64,000 bases of DNA from Tubulanus polymorphus (taxonomy: Eukaryota > Animalia > Nemertea). The stretch is taken from NCBI RefSeq assembly GCF_964204645.1, contig NC_134035.1, positions 3,224,001 to 3,288,000 of the forward strand, given 5' to 3'. The notes below the pieces were generated by a model, which was given only the letters and a program-made list of their open reading frames with translations, was not told where the DNA came from and ran no database searches. Each line of letters opens with the position of its first letter. Position 1 is the stretch's first letter. Below are positions 13,962 to 26,414 of the stretch, one piece after another. The translations under genes were made by a program, and so were the position numbers.

Positions 13962-16900
13962 ACGCTGACCAATAGAGAAAGCTGTAAGGCCTAAGAAAAG
14001 ATGCATTAAGTATAACATATCTTTCAATATAATGAAGAAGTATTCAATTGGCCATCTGATCACAACAATAGTGTGACTTGTCTTATTGAAGCAATTGTAA
14101 AATACCGGAGAGTTAATTGGAGAACCCTGAATTCAAAACAATTCCACACTCAATCGTTTACTTTGAAAACACAATTTACAATTTGTGGACATGCATTTTT
14201 TCTGCACGAAAAGCATGAAGTATATTATATTTGCTTGTAAAAATTTGAAGTTTTCGGGGAAGATTTTTGGCCTAACCTGTGACCATGTCCTTCATATATT
14301 TTACTTCATATAAGACCGACCCTTGAAATAATGCTGAGAGTTTCGAGGAAAATTATGGTAGGATGTAAACTTAGGCCGCTTCGTATCCGTGGAAGGTTGC
14401 TAATTATTGATTCTATACACAATAATCATAAGTACGTAACATGAGATTCGATAGAATATCGTTTTTCAATCATACGTACGCGAATTATCGCGATATAAAG
14501 ATAAATGGTACTTTAATATACTTGTTAAGTCTTATAATGTCTATTTCTTTAGTAGTACAAATCAAGAGTGGATCTGCAGGCCACCTGAGACTATTCCACG
14601 ATCTAAGGTCAGTTGCCAAAAGTTAGTAAGTTTTCCAGTGGATAGTTAACATTAACAATGACAATTAAAACTTCATTGCTAAAATAACTTTGTACTTGTA
14701 GAATAGTCACACTCAAATGCGGAGAATCGATAATACGATAATACGATACGAAAACTCACTGAGTACAAACAAATTCAAAAGGATGATCTCTAGTGAGAAA
14801 TTGAACGTTGTGTCGTAATGTTCTAGTGATAAAACTTGGTTTGAAATTTGAAATGTGTACATAGTGGATCTTTTACATATTAACAGTGTATTTGGCCATG
14901 TATCATATTGTATAATGGTTAATCTAAACTAACTGGTCCCAGAGTTGTATCCTTAATTCCTGTAATAGAGGATGCAATCTTTTTGTGGCAAACAGTACAA
15001 ATAGCTAGAAAAAGCAACGATAGTGCATTGGCAAACTTAAAGCAAGCGTACATTGGTTTGTTTAGGTTTTTCGTTGGGAAAATTAATGTTTAATCATTAT
15101 TGAAATATCCGAGGCGAGCTTTTCCAGGAATTTACAAAGTTGAGCTTTACACAAGGAATGCTTTTGTAGTCCGATATCCGTGATTAACTCTGGCGTGGAG
15201 AGATACAATCTAAAACGTAGAGTCAAATATTTTACCACAATTTTCTATGATTAGTAAAAAGATTGAGTACCGGTAATAGACATAAACATGCAAACAGTAA
15301 TATCTGAATTCCACTCCATTTCAAACTCATCTTTACACAAACTCCAACTTGTTGAACAGTTCAAAATCGCGTGGTTTGAATTATTGCGATAGCTAAAATT
15401 AGGGACCACGATACTTGCTCATCTACACTGGCTACAAATTTAACAAAGGATTGAATTTGAGTGTTTGATGTTGTAACAATACCATACTGAATTATGGTTT
15501 CAGTTTCTACTTTTTGATTGAACATTTATATCACATATTGGGCATCATTTTTACCAGTATATATGGAATAACTTATCCATATATCATTTTTGATTTTATA
15601 TAATCTGACTTTTGAGATGTCATTCAATCAATGCATTCATATGCGGTCGTCGCTTTCAATAGCCACCACGGACTGGCTCCTTATTATCTCCTTAGCGATA
15701 CCTTGGCGGACGATCTCACACGTTTCTTGCTCCAGCCCTAGAATGCTCAATTATAGTCGATATGAAAACCCGATTTGAATTAAAATTCTTAAAGACTCCT
15801 AAAAACACACCTGTTAATTCGATTACTCTAAAGCGCCTTTGAACATGCAAGAACCAGTGAAATAAAGAAGTTTCCAGTTTCTAGGCGCCATTTTGTGGCG
15901 GTCCCTCGAGGTCCCCATTGTTGCGATGATTTGCGCTCATTTTTAAAACATAAGTTTAGATTGAATATCATATAGTTCTGCAGCCCCTTGCTCGACGAAA
16001 TCAATTTATACACCATTTTAAAGGAAATTAAATGCAGATATTTGCTGGCGATTCTTGGAATTTTTGAACTCAACAATTGAGAACAGTGACGATGTGAAAC
16101 CAAGGACAGCATATCTTAACCGTGCGTAAAAGAAACCGCAATATCTATTAATTTTGAAATATCTAAGTATCTCTTGAAGCTTTATTTCCAATTTTAAGCC
16201 TGCGTTAAAATCTTTTGAATATCTTTTCTGACGACTGATCTGTACCCGCTTGAATTTGAGATTACGCGCAAAAGGGGTCTCCCACTGCGCATTGCAATTT
16301 CACTGAACATTGGGATTTGCGACAAGAAATCTTTAAATGCAATTTGATTTCTTCACATTTTCCATGGGGATATTTTGAGATGATAATCCATATCTTGTTT
16401 GTACCGTATTTTGGCGGGGGCAATTCGTTTAGCTGGTTTCGGGGTCCGGTTTGTCCCGCTATTGAAGTTTGAACGGCCCAGTTGAGGAATTGTCGTATAC
16501 AGCCCATCCAGCCTAGCGCCGATTTTGTGTTCGGTGAAATCAAACGTTTTAGAGTCGATGGTGAAATGTGCCAGTCAATTTAAACGCTTAGGACATATTT
16601 AACACATATCCCTCTCTGGTAATCCCTCATTCTGGGGTCATACGATGAATTTACTGAATCTCAACCTTCTTGCTGGAAAACATCGACCAGAAAACCTTAC
16701 TGATAATTCCAATATACTATTTAAAGGGGTTCAGATCTGTCCCCCATTTGATATTCTGTTTTAGGGGGTCAACGTCCAGTTTGGCAACTTTCAGCTGCGC
16801 CACATATTCAAAAATATATAAAAACTTAGAATTTTTTTCTAGTGTCCAACCATGAGTGGTACATTCGGTTAAAACGCAAATTAGGTTCTCAACTAGGCCA

Positions 16901-17340
16901 CATTTGCAACCAACACGGAAAGTCCCCACTCTTACAAGAAATCCTTTAATTTCCCAACGCTACAAAACTCGAATTCATCAAAAAACGCAAAGTCCATTTT
17001 CAACCATACGAAAATAAAGGTAATATATAACCATCAGAAGCAATATTAGTAATTACAAACCAGTATAAAATCTTATTTCTGCGATTTCTTTTCACAAATC
17101 TCAATGTTCAGTGAAATGGCGGCGCGCAGTGGGAGACCCCTTTTGCGCGTAATCTCAAACTCAAGCGGGTACAGATCAGTCGTAAGTAAAGATATTCAAA
17201 AAATTTAACGCAGGCCTAAACTACAAATAACCCTCTTTAACCTCTGTGAAAATTGGAAATACAGCTTTAAGAGATACTTAGATATTTTAAAATTAATAAA
17301 TATTGCGATTTCTTTTACGCGCGGTTAAGATATGCGGTCC

Positions 17341-18322
17341 GGTTCAAGTCCAGTATAGCGTGGAATAGTTCCCGCTCAAGGATACATTTTTAGAAAAGGA
17401 GTAATTCGGCTGCGTATTTTTCAAGACAAACCGACATACCGACAAACCGACATACCGACAAACCGACATACCGACAAACCGACGAACCGACAAACCGACA
17501 TACCGTTAAACCGACAAACTCGTATGCCCTCGATCCAGCCACGGGTAATCCACGGAAAAACCCTGTCCGTCGATCCTAGCCACATTATATAAGGGTAATC
17601 CACTCAACCACACAGCCCCTCGATCCCAACAACTTTATAAAAGGGTAATCCACGCACCACACAGTCCCTCGATCCCAGCCACTTTATATTAGGGTAATCC
17701 ACGCACCACCCAGCCCCTCGATCCCAGCGACATTATATAAGGGTAATCCACGCACCACCCAGCCCCTCGATCCCAGCCACATTATATAAGGGTAATCCAC
17801 GCAACCACGCAGCCCCTTGATCCCAGCCACTTTATATAAGGGTAATCCACGCAACCACGCAGCCCCTCGATCCTAGCCACTTTATATGAGGGAAATCGGC
17901 GGGTAATCCACGCATATACCCAGCCCCTCGATCCCAGCCACATTATATAAGGGTAATCCACGCAACCACGCAGCCCCTCGATCCCAGCCACATTATATAA
18001 CCAGGGTAATCCACGCAACCACGCAGCCCCTCGATCCCAGCCACTTTATATAAGGGTAATCCACGCACGGATTTGTCTTTTTGTCGGTTCGTCGGTGTGT
18101 CGGTATGTCGGTTCGTCGGTATGTCGGTTTGTCGGTTCGTCGGTTCGTCGGTTTGTCGGTTTGTCGGTTCGTCGGTTTGTCGGTATGTCGGTATGTTCGC
18201 ACGTCCCTATGGCGTAATGTCGTAAGATTCAATCAGTCCAATATTGGCGGATTAATTCCAAATACCAGTCCAATGTGATAAGTCTCTGCTGGAACTATTT
18301 AATGCTATAATGGACTTGAGCC
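17341..18322. mobile_element. Nested 982-bp non-autonomous TIR element with 8-bp TSD (Merlin- or hAT-like)
   Basis: TSD TGCGGTCC at 17333-17340 and 18323-18330. Imperfect ~33-bp TIR: ggttcaagtccagtatagc / gctataatggacttgagcc. Inverted subterminal ACCGACA(A/T) arrays at ~17430-17520 and ~18081-18195, with a central 50-bp tandem repeat. Confidence 0.88.
17527..18067 (+). repeat. 50-bp minisatellite, about 10 copies
   Basis: Unit agcccctcgatcccagccacattatataagggtaatccacgcaaccacgc. Confidence 0.95.
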
Positions 18323-18679
18323 TGCGGTCCTTGGTTTCACATCGTCACTGTTCATCATTGTTGCGTTCAAAAATTCCAAGAATCGCCAGCAAATATCTGC
18401 ATTTCATTTCCTTTAAAATGGTGTATAAATTGATTTCGTCGAGCAAGGGGCTGCAGAACTATATGATATTCAATCTAAACTTATGTTTTAAAAATGAGCG
18501 CAAATTATCGCAACAATGGGGACCTCGAGGGACCGCCACAAAATGGCACCTATAAAACTGGAAACTTCTTTATTGGGGCTTTATAAGTTGTATTCATCAT
18601 TCGAACCCACAAATTCTCCTTATCCTATGAATGTGAAAACCTATCCTCGTAAGAGAATGAATATATAGGCTCTGTCATT

Positions 18680-18753
18680 TGATATGAGGCTACGTGTCAT
18701 CTTTAATTGAAATCATGTGATTTCAATTAAAGATGACCCGTGGCCTCATATCA
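18680..18753. repeat. Near-perfect 74-bp palindrome
   Basis: tgatatgaggctacgtgtcatctttaattgaaatca-tg-tgatttcaattaaagatgacccgtggcctcatatca. Confidence 0.9.
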
Positions 18754-19499
18754 TTACGTTATGTTTTTTTAAAGGCTGGGCGAGAATATGTTCTTATGTT
18801 TTTGTTTCTGTGAATGTTGCTATTTAAGAGTTCAATAATTTCAGTCTTCCAAACAAAGGGTTTTTCTTTATGTTTCGTGTCCTGTTTTTCCATAACCCTA
18901 TCGCATTTTAGGTATCTTTTCGCGGATGACCAAAAGTTGCTGTCCCTTTCTAGTAATTTGATGATATATGTCGAATTTAAATTTTAAAAAGGAATCAGGC
19001 ATATCTCCTTGTTTGACTAAGTATGAACTCAACTTTAAGGGGCACTCCCTTAAAAGGCACCGAAGTGAAATCATGTGTCGAGTGGAGATGACAGAATTTC
19101 TTCAAAATCGGCGGAGAAAATTGAGTATTTTGAAAATAATAATCTTACATGTATGCAAATCCGTTATATCTCTCTAGAAATAACAATACGACGACAAGCA
19201 CTTTCGAATCCGACCACGATATTCGAGAAGTTTCACTAGGGCAGTGGTGGTCAGTGATGGTCATTTATGAATTTTCAATGGCGAATCCTTTCTAGTTTGA
19301 CACCGTAACACGCGGTGAGCGTATTATTATGAAATCTTTTTTTTTAAACCACGGTACCACGAAGTAATAAGCATCGTTTAAGCACTTGAAACACCCATTA
19401 ACCACTTGAAACTGTCAGATCAAACATCATACCGCATCCCCGCAAAGAGGGGTAGTTCAGCAAACATTGTTCAGTTTTCATTGGCCTCTCTAGACTACC

Positions 19500-20490
19500 C
19501 CGGAAAACTCATAATGGCCGGGAATCGGGGCGGGGTTAGGTTTAGAGATAGAGGTTAGGGGACCAAACCGAAGGTTTGGAGACCCCACTAGTGCACGGGC
19601 AGCGGGTTATCCCTGTAAAAAAGTAGTAAGAGTTAATTGTTGTAGTGAGGCGGTCTACGGGACGTTCATGCCTCGGGGCGTGTTCGTGTCGAGTCGTCGT
19701 ATCCAGTCTTGTTCGGCTGCTTCGCGGATCGGTCTCGTGGAGCCTGGTAGGTGTTGGGGACCGTACACCCGAAAGTGTTCGCGGGTGTGGTCGACTTGGT
19801 TGAAGTGGTCCGAGACTGGAGTCGAATTCTTCGTTCTGATGCGTGAGACGTGATGCGTGACGCGTTCTCGTAGAGACATTCCGGTTTGGCCGACGTACAG
19901 CATGTTGCACTAGGTGCATTCGATGCAGTATACAATTTCACGGGTCGCGCAATTAATTGTGCTCATGCGGATCGCGTGCATTTTGTTGTGGCTGCGGCAA
20001 ACGGTTGATTCTCGGACGAGTGGACACGTACGACATCTCGGTGTTCTGCATTTCTTGGTGCCTCGACGTCGGGTTGACGGAGTTCTTTGAGTAGACCTGG
20101 AAATAGAAGAATTGGAAACAACGGAAGTATTTCTGTTACGATGCGGTGAAGAGGGGACTCGGGGAGGGGGTGGCTCCGTGGGTTTGAGCTGCGACGAAGT
20201 TAGGAGATCTTTGAGACTCTTGTGCTTGGTGTAGGCGGTGACCGTGGTTACCTCGTCCGACCGGCCGGTGGCCGTAGCCAGTTCCGTAAATCTGGTTCGG
20301 ATGTTACGGGCTAGTAGGGTTCGGTTGGCTTCGGAGTGAGGTAAGATAAGTGGTAAACGCTTTTTCGGCGGTTCGTTGGCCCGTTGTTGTTCTCGTAGAT
20401 CTCGTTCGGCGTGGTGCCGTAGAGCTTGGCTTTTGATGTGTCGCAGTTCGCGGTCTTTGTAGCCACGACCTCTGAGTACTTTAAGTTTTA
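19500..20490 (-). mobile_element. 5'-truncated Penelope-like retroelement (Neptune-type): end of RT thumb, Cys linker and GIY-YIG endonuclease; pseudogenised
   Basis: One minus-strand frame ~20490-19655: LRGRGY..RLPLILPH..AYTKHKSLKDLL..KKCRTPRCRTCP..INCATREIVYCIECT*CNMLYVGQTGMSLRERVTHH..VSDHFN..REAAEQDWIRRLDTNTPRGMN. It has one in-frame TAG (~19910). The 3' UTR carries CCTAA-like repeats. The lower boundary is approximate. Confidence 0.92.
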
Positions 20491-20504
20491 GTTAGGGGTC
20501 ATAG

Positions 20505-20608
20505 TAGTTAGTTATCTAGTAGTAGTTAGTTGCTCTTCGCAAATTTGTGAACAATAAATCTATCTATCTATCTATCTATCTGTCTGTCTATCTATCTGTC
20601 TATCTATC
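20505..20608 (+). repeat. Probable LINE/SINE 3' tail ending in AATAAA-(ATCT)n
   Basis: aataaatctatctatctatctatc.. at ~20553-20608, adjacent to the PLE truncation point. Confidence 0.5.
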
Positions 20609-21341
20609 CTAATCGTTGGTGGTAAGCTTTTACAATCGGATGGGCTTATACTTATGGTTACGTTAGGGGTTATAGATGTTATAAGTGGTGTCGGGTCAAC
20701 ACGCCCTCATGTCAAAACGTCCTCGCTTTCGTCGGTCAAAACGTCCTCACTCACGCCAGAATAATTACAAATAATTACAACTCACAAAAACATCATGATA
20801 TCAAACACTAAGATAGGCCTTCCCCGATGACACTTTGGCAGAATACGTTCTTCAGCGATAGATGTCCTTTACAATATGAATTGATGGCGTAGGTTTCGAT
20901 ATGCGATTGTTGTTTAGAAGAAGCACCTGAATTTCATTTTTCTTTTGTTTGCTGTCTCATAGCTTTACATTGATTTTAAATTCCTGTAGCGTACAAAAAT
21001 AGAAACACACATTAACTTTACGTTTATTATATTATTTATTCCGTCAATACTCAAAATTTTAGATACATACTCTAAAAATGGAAATGGTACTTGTTCATTG
21101 GTCGTCATGATTTAGTATAATATTCATCTTATCGTAGTTTAATTTAGAACTTATTCAGGACGATTGATTTCGCGTGTTGTCGTCAAACCATAGGAACGAC
21201 TAATTCAATCAGTCAGCACCTGTGTCAGTTTAAACGTTATGGTCGTAATTGTATTTGTAAAACTGAATACAAGAAACTGCTGCATTTATCTATTGATGAA
21301 ATGTTTAGTTTAATTCATCAGTTCTATCATATAGAACGAGG

Positions 21342-22277
21342 ATGAACGCAACGATTTTCAAGAGGTCGTACGTCGACAAATGGATTTTGGCCGCATATGT
21401 ATTGCCGCCTCTAATCCCGGTCGGTGTTGGTTTAAACGCGATGATCATCGTCGTATTTGTCAAACTGAAAACTAAAAATCGCTGCATCTATTTACTGAAG
21501 TGTCTCGCTGTTGTCGATATCATATTTCTGGTGACGAAACTCATTCAGGACCCGGTGCGGTTTTATATTCACTATGCTACGTACGGTGATATGATCATTT
21601 ATTTCGTAGCGCCGCGAATTTCCCCGTACATTTACATATGGCTGACAATGTTGAATAACGGATTTCAAATGTTTCGTAACTATTTAACTGTAATTATTCA
21701 ATGCGAACGATTAGTGACTATCATTTTTCTACTGAAGGTACGATATAGGATAAATTTTCTTATCTTATTCGCGTGTGTCTTTTCTGTGGCTATGTGTTCG
21801 TATTACCCGATCACGATGCGTGTAATCTATCAGCCCACATCGAAGCTCGCTCCTCATTACAAAGCATCATTTGCGCGTGACAGTGTCTTTCTACTAATGA
21901 ACCGATACATCGACCCGATCTTCCGTATTTTCATACCGAATCTATTAGTTTTCGTAGCGAATATAGCTCTTCTAATTGTATTACACGTTAAAACGACGCG
22001 TAGGCAAGATCTGACCGCCACAACTAGCGATCCGAAACCGCAAAAGGGCATGGCAAAAGCCACGAAAATGGTGCTTACAATGAGTATCATTTTCACGATT
22101 TTAGAATTTCCAGGTTTGCTCGGTAAAATCGGTGGACGCTACGTCCTCGGGCGCGGTTTAAACGTATTAACATTCTATCTGGTTACATCGATCATCAATT
22201 CTTGTATAAATCTTATTCTTTATATAATTGTGAACAAGCAATTTAGAGAAAAGTTCGTTCAGTTGTTGAAATGCTGA
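21342..22277 (+). CDS. Intronless rhodopsin-class (class A) GPCR, divergent peptide-receptor/chemoreceptor-like
   Basis: 311-aa ORF with seven hydrophobic segments: TM1 GVGLNAMI, TM2 LAVVD, TM3 CERL (DRY-like), TM5 IFIP, TM6 KATKMVL..LEFP, TM7 NSCINLILY followed by helix 8 NKQFREKF. N-glycosylation sequon NAT at the N-terminus. Confidence 0.9.
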   Translation: MNATIFKRSYVDKWILAAYVLPPLIPVGVGLNAMIIVVFVKLKTKNRCIYLLKCLAVVDIIFLVTKLIQDPVRFYIHYATYGDMIIYFVAPRISPYIYIWLTMLNNGFQMFRNYLTVIIQCERLVTIIFLLKVRYRINFLILFACVFSVAMCSYYPITMRVIYQPTSKLAPHYKASFARDSVFLLMNRYIDPIFRIFIPNLLVFVANIALLIVLHVKTTRRQDLTATTSDPKPQKGMAKATKMVLTMSIIFTILEFPGLLGKIGGRYVLGRGLNVLTFYLVTSIINSCINLILYIIVNKQFREKFVQLLKC

Positions 22278-23554
22278 TTAAGATCGACATGAGGTTATCC
22301 GACGCTGCTTGCACCGAATAGTCGCTCGGATTTCTTCAGTTCGAGGAATTAAATAAATATAAAAGTTTCCCAAATTTAGAGGGTTGTTTTTTGCTCTTTT
22401 TTAAAATCTATACACTGCGGCTATATACTGACCAGTGACACTCATAGACTGGTATTAACATTTTATCTCTAGCCTATAATCTGTGTAGTGACTGGGGAGT
22501 AGTAACTTCCGAACAACCGGGCCTGCAGCGGACTGGGGGGTGGGGGGGGGGGTATAGTTCAGGTGGTTTACGACAAACCGCCGGAAATCCCAAAACGGTT
22601 CGCTCTGAAAAATGAATTTGCTGGAAATGAATAACATCCTAGGCTTGTCGTATGTCCTACCCGATCTTATAGTGCTACAGATACCTAGGACTAGCGTTGG
22701 ACTCCGTAGGGAGCCTTGCATTGCTAACACATAATGCCATTGTCACTAGGCTCCTTTTTTACCTTCGAGCGACTTTTCAAAAAGGTCCACTTAAAATTCC
22801 ACATTTTAAGGAAACTTTTATTTATAGGGAAAGCAAACTGCCTATAAAATCGGCCACATTACAGGCCTGGCTACGATATCAATCATCTATCCATTTACTC
22901 CGGAGAATGAAGCGGAGAATTTCTCCTGCCCCCATAAGAAAATACTGCTTCCCGGAATTAAAACCACCATCGATCACCATTTCTGAGGCTTAGTGCGTAT
23001 TGGATTACTGAATAAGTAATACGTATGATTCAGTCTGGTGCCACCTTTTCTCCTTCGAATACGCTTCATTCATTTTGCACAGTTATTGACGGGGTCCAGA
23101 AGTCTATGTCTCAGATCCCCGCCTTAAGGGTCCTCTGTGATTTCTGCATTTCCTAGATTGTATTGTTAAGAATATCTCATCAATCAGTCGCTCGGTCATT
23201 CGGTCACCAGTCATCCATTTATCCAGTCAGGCATCAGACCATATTTGTAATGAAGAGGGACCCCAAATCCATTGGCCCCGAGAGACAGATTGATGATAAA
23301 ACAAGGGATTTTCTGGACTTTTTCGCCTGGAGAAAGAGTACCAAACTGGTGGGGGATTTCCTTCTATATTCGGCTCGGATGTACTGGCATACCTGTACTG
23401 GGATACCCATCTTTCTAAAGGTTTGATTATTTCAAAAGTTAGTTTGGGTATGTGGGGCGAAAACCATTATCAGCCGAGCCCAACTTTCGTTCGACAATGA
23501 ATGGCCAAGGAAAATAATCATTCCTTAACTATAATCGAAGTTTTTTAAGGGTTA

Positions 23555-23850
23555 AGAGGCGCAAGTTGCATACGTATTTGAACAAAATGTGTCGCGCACG
23601 ACTTAACTGGAACCATGGCCGTGACCGGGACGTGATTAGTCTTTATATATTCTGTACATGAGTCAGATCGGCTGTCATACGAGACGCACGTAGAGTTTTG
23701 TGGGATTTAGGATATTGGATTTTTGAAACGGAAATACGCTATTTAGAACTCTCAAATTCAAAAACCACCCGTCGTATCTAGGACTAATATGCTGCAACGA
23801 TCAGTATATATTTGTAGAGATTCAAGATATAGACTCTGGAGCTGCAAGTT
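23555..23850 (-). repeat. Dispersed fragment of the foldback element right arm
   Basis: gaggcgcaagttgcata..gtcgcgcacgact..ggaaccatggccgtgaccgggac is the reverse complement of ~6890-7195. Confidence 0.8.
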
Positions 23851-23975
23851 TGGTCAGAAACGGGCGATTTCAGTCTGAGTCGACATCGTCACGGCGTTGA
23901 CAATTGTGACGTCATGGTCTTTTGTCCGAATGTGAATGGCCGTGGAATATGTTCGAATGTTTTCCTGTCACAATC

Positions 23976-24205
23976 GGGCGGACCGGATGGCTTAGTCGGT
24001 CGGCGACTAGCGTGTCACCGCTGTGGCCCAGGTTCGAGTCTCGGAGGAGGCGGGTCAGGATGTGGCAAGTGATCTCCGGTAAGCGGGCGAGTCGAGAGTA
24101 CTGTCCTCCCTGGAATGAGGTTGCTAATGCGTGAGTCCTACAAAATAACTGGTGTGGGGTAAATTATGTTTAATTCAGTCGTTTCTGGCTGAATTATTTA
24201 TTTAT
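23976..24205 (+). mobile_element. tRNA-derived SINE
   Basis: Pol III A box tggcttagtcgg (23988) and B box ggttcgagtct (24031) at tRNA spacing. No intact cloverleaf. Short (ttat)n tail near 24195-24205. Confidence 0.65.
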
Positions 24206-25637
24206 CCCACAATACCGGTCCCGGCAGCGGAGTAATTCCCCCAGGGACCTTCGACTTTTTTACAATATTAGTTTGTTATTTTAAGTTGAGTGGTGAGGGT
24301 TTGGGTCATTTTATATTTATTTAATTCCTCGAACTGAAGAAATCCAAGCGACTATTCGGTACAAGCAGCGCGCGGTGATCAATCACAGTTCTTTCTCAAC
24401 TGATGATAAAACTTCCATAATTTTTCACCAGATTTCAGTTAAAGAAGATGTGTACGCGGCGATGTCTGGTGAACTTGTGTATAAATTCGGCTTCAAAACG
24501 ACTCTATCCAATAGAGAATCACTCACTGGAGACCTGCCATACGCTCTACTACATAATAGTGCCGCGTCACTGCACAAACCCTTAAGCAAACTTCAATATC
24601 CTAAAGCAAAACTCGAAAAAAGTAAAATTGAGCCGGTATTACAGTTCAAAACCGGACTTTAATAGAAGGGAAATCTACACTAAAGTTTGTTGGAGTTTAT
24701 CTAAACCATTAGATAAAATTTCAGCATACAATTTTAGGCTAAAATCGTAGCATTCGATATTTCTATCTTTAACAATATGTGCCTCTATGAATAGTCGAAT
24801 TAAACTCGATGACCTGTAGGCCCCATTGAAAATGTTTGGCACGAATTGAATGGTTCCTGCGGATTAGCGTCACGGACTCGGGTCTGTCACAGGAATGCAC
24901 GATCGAGCTTTCTGATTGATCCAATCCGGTCGCATCGATGATGCACCGTCGCTGATTGGTTGACGTAGGTATTAGAAGCGCGGTTCGAGCCGCCCGATGC
25001 CAGTCCGAGAACTGATGTCCAGCGATGAAGGTCAACCCATAAGAGCTCTGCAACAAGGCGTGAAGAAAGTGTGGCTTCAAGCGAACAACCAACTAATAAG
25101 CGGCTGATGATGTTAGGAGAGACTGGAACGTGAAGGAATTTGTGACGCCTAGCGATTGAGAACGCAAGATGAGACTGGCGGCTGATGGTGCAGATGATCG
25201 CGGAGGAGATCCCGATACTGCTGCTGCTGTTACTGGTGTTGCTGCTGCTGTTGATGTCGGATTTCAACTACAAACAGATGACGGCTAATTTGCTGATGAA
25301 GACGAGTTGCTGTTGTCGCTGATTTCCGATGTTCTATTTCGCGCACATTCATACATTATGAATATTGTGTCTTTTTAGGGTTAAACCGAAACCAGTTCGC
25401 TACTACTGACAACTACATGTACACACAATTCGTTTGTCGCAACGTCCTGAACTAGTCTGCTGCTGCTGCTGCTGCTGCATTGGGAACCGCATCAACTCAC
25501 ATTTTGCTGTTTCGGTATCTTTACATTAAGATAAGGTAAATTATATTAAACTATACCCATCCGTACATTTTGCATCTTCATTAGCTTGACGATTATCCGA
25601 TTTGTTTTTCAGCTGGCAATATTTGAGTGACGGCAAC

Positions 25638-25887
25638 ATCTTCAAACCTCGAGACGCAGACTCTACCCCGACTACAGAACCATCTTCAAACCTCGAGAAG
25701 CAGACTCTACTCCGACTACAGTACCATCCTCAAACCTCGAGACGCACATTCTACTCCGACTACGGAACCATCTTCAAACCTCGAGACGCAGATTCTACTC
25801 CGACTACGGAACCATCTTCAAACCTCGAGACGCAGACTCTACTCCGACTTCAGAACCATCTCCAAACCTCGAGACGCAGACTCTACT
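25638..25887 (+). repeat. ~44-bp minisatellite, about 6 copies
   Basis: Unit catcttcaaacctcgagacgcagactctactccgactacggaac. Confidence 0.93.
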
Positions 25888-26231
25888 CGTCATTATTTCG
25901 TTTTGCCGCATGTTATAAAAAGTAACGTCAATAAATAAACGTCTATATATAAAATGCTCTCTTTAATAAAATCTCTCGGGCACTTTGCCCCGGAAAGGAC
26001 TCTCCCCTCTCACGACTTCCACTTGCCCCGGACTCTCTTACAACTTCTCACGTTCAAGGAGAGGACAAAGTCAAAAAGGAAAGACAAACGCAAAGGATTT
26101 ATTCCAAATTCAAAGTAGGAATTTGTTACAGCTTGTTTGCAAAAGTAAAATTCAACATTTTATTGAAACGAACAAAATCAAAATTCAACATTTTATTTAA
26201 TCAACAACCAATAAAATATTATTTAAAATAC

Positions 26232-26294
26232 GGGATTTGAACCACCAACCACTGGTCTAGCAGTCCAGCACCCTACCCACTACGCTACAGGGAC
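26232..26294 (-). pseudogene. tRNA-like sequence (SINE head or tRNA pseudogene)
   Basis: Minus strand gtccctgTAGCGTAGTGGgtagggtgctggactgctagaccagtggttggtGGTTCAAATCCc. A and B boxes and an anticodon-like stem are present, but the acceptor stem has no 3' partner. Confidence 0.55.
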
Positions 26295-26414
26295 GTACAG
26301 ACAGCCTGCAGGGGAACTCATATTTATCCATTGCTTAAGCAAATTTTATCAAAAAAATAATGCCATCTACCGGGCGAGACAGGAACTAGTTCCTATCACA
26401 ACCCGGTAGATGGT

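Larger units (their letters stand above)
15861..18574. mobile_element. Non-autonomous DNA transposon with ~430-bp terminal inverted repeats; right TIR split by a nested element
   Basis: 15861-16290 is the reverse complement of 17124-17340 joined to 18323-18574. This explains the mirror ORFs 15828-16112(-) and 18310-18555(+). No transposase ORF in the ~830-bp interior. No outer TSD recognised. Confidence 0.85.

Noticed and set aside
17527-18067. CRISPR-like appearance of this and the other regular arrays (5453, 25638, 48643, 51183)
   Set aside because: Units are contiguous with no unique spacers, there are no cas genes, and the DNA is eukaryotic.
23976-24050. Functional tRNA gene
   Set aside because: A and B boxes are present but no complete cloverleaf; treated as a SINE head.
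24375-25540. Possible LTR, DIRS or coding fragment
   Set aside because: Higher GC and CCAAT-like motifs, but no recognisable domain, termini or TSD.
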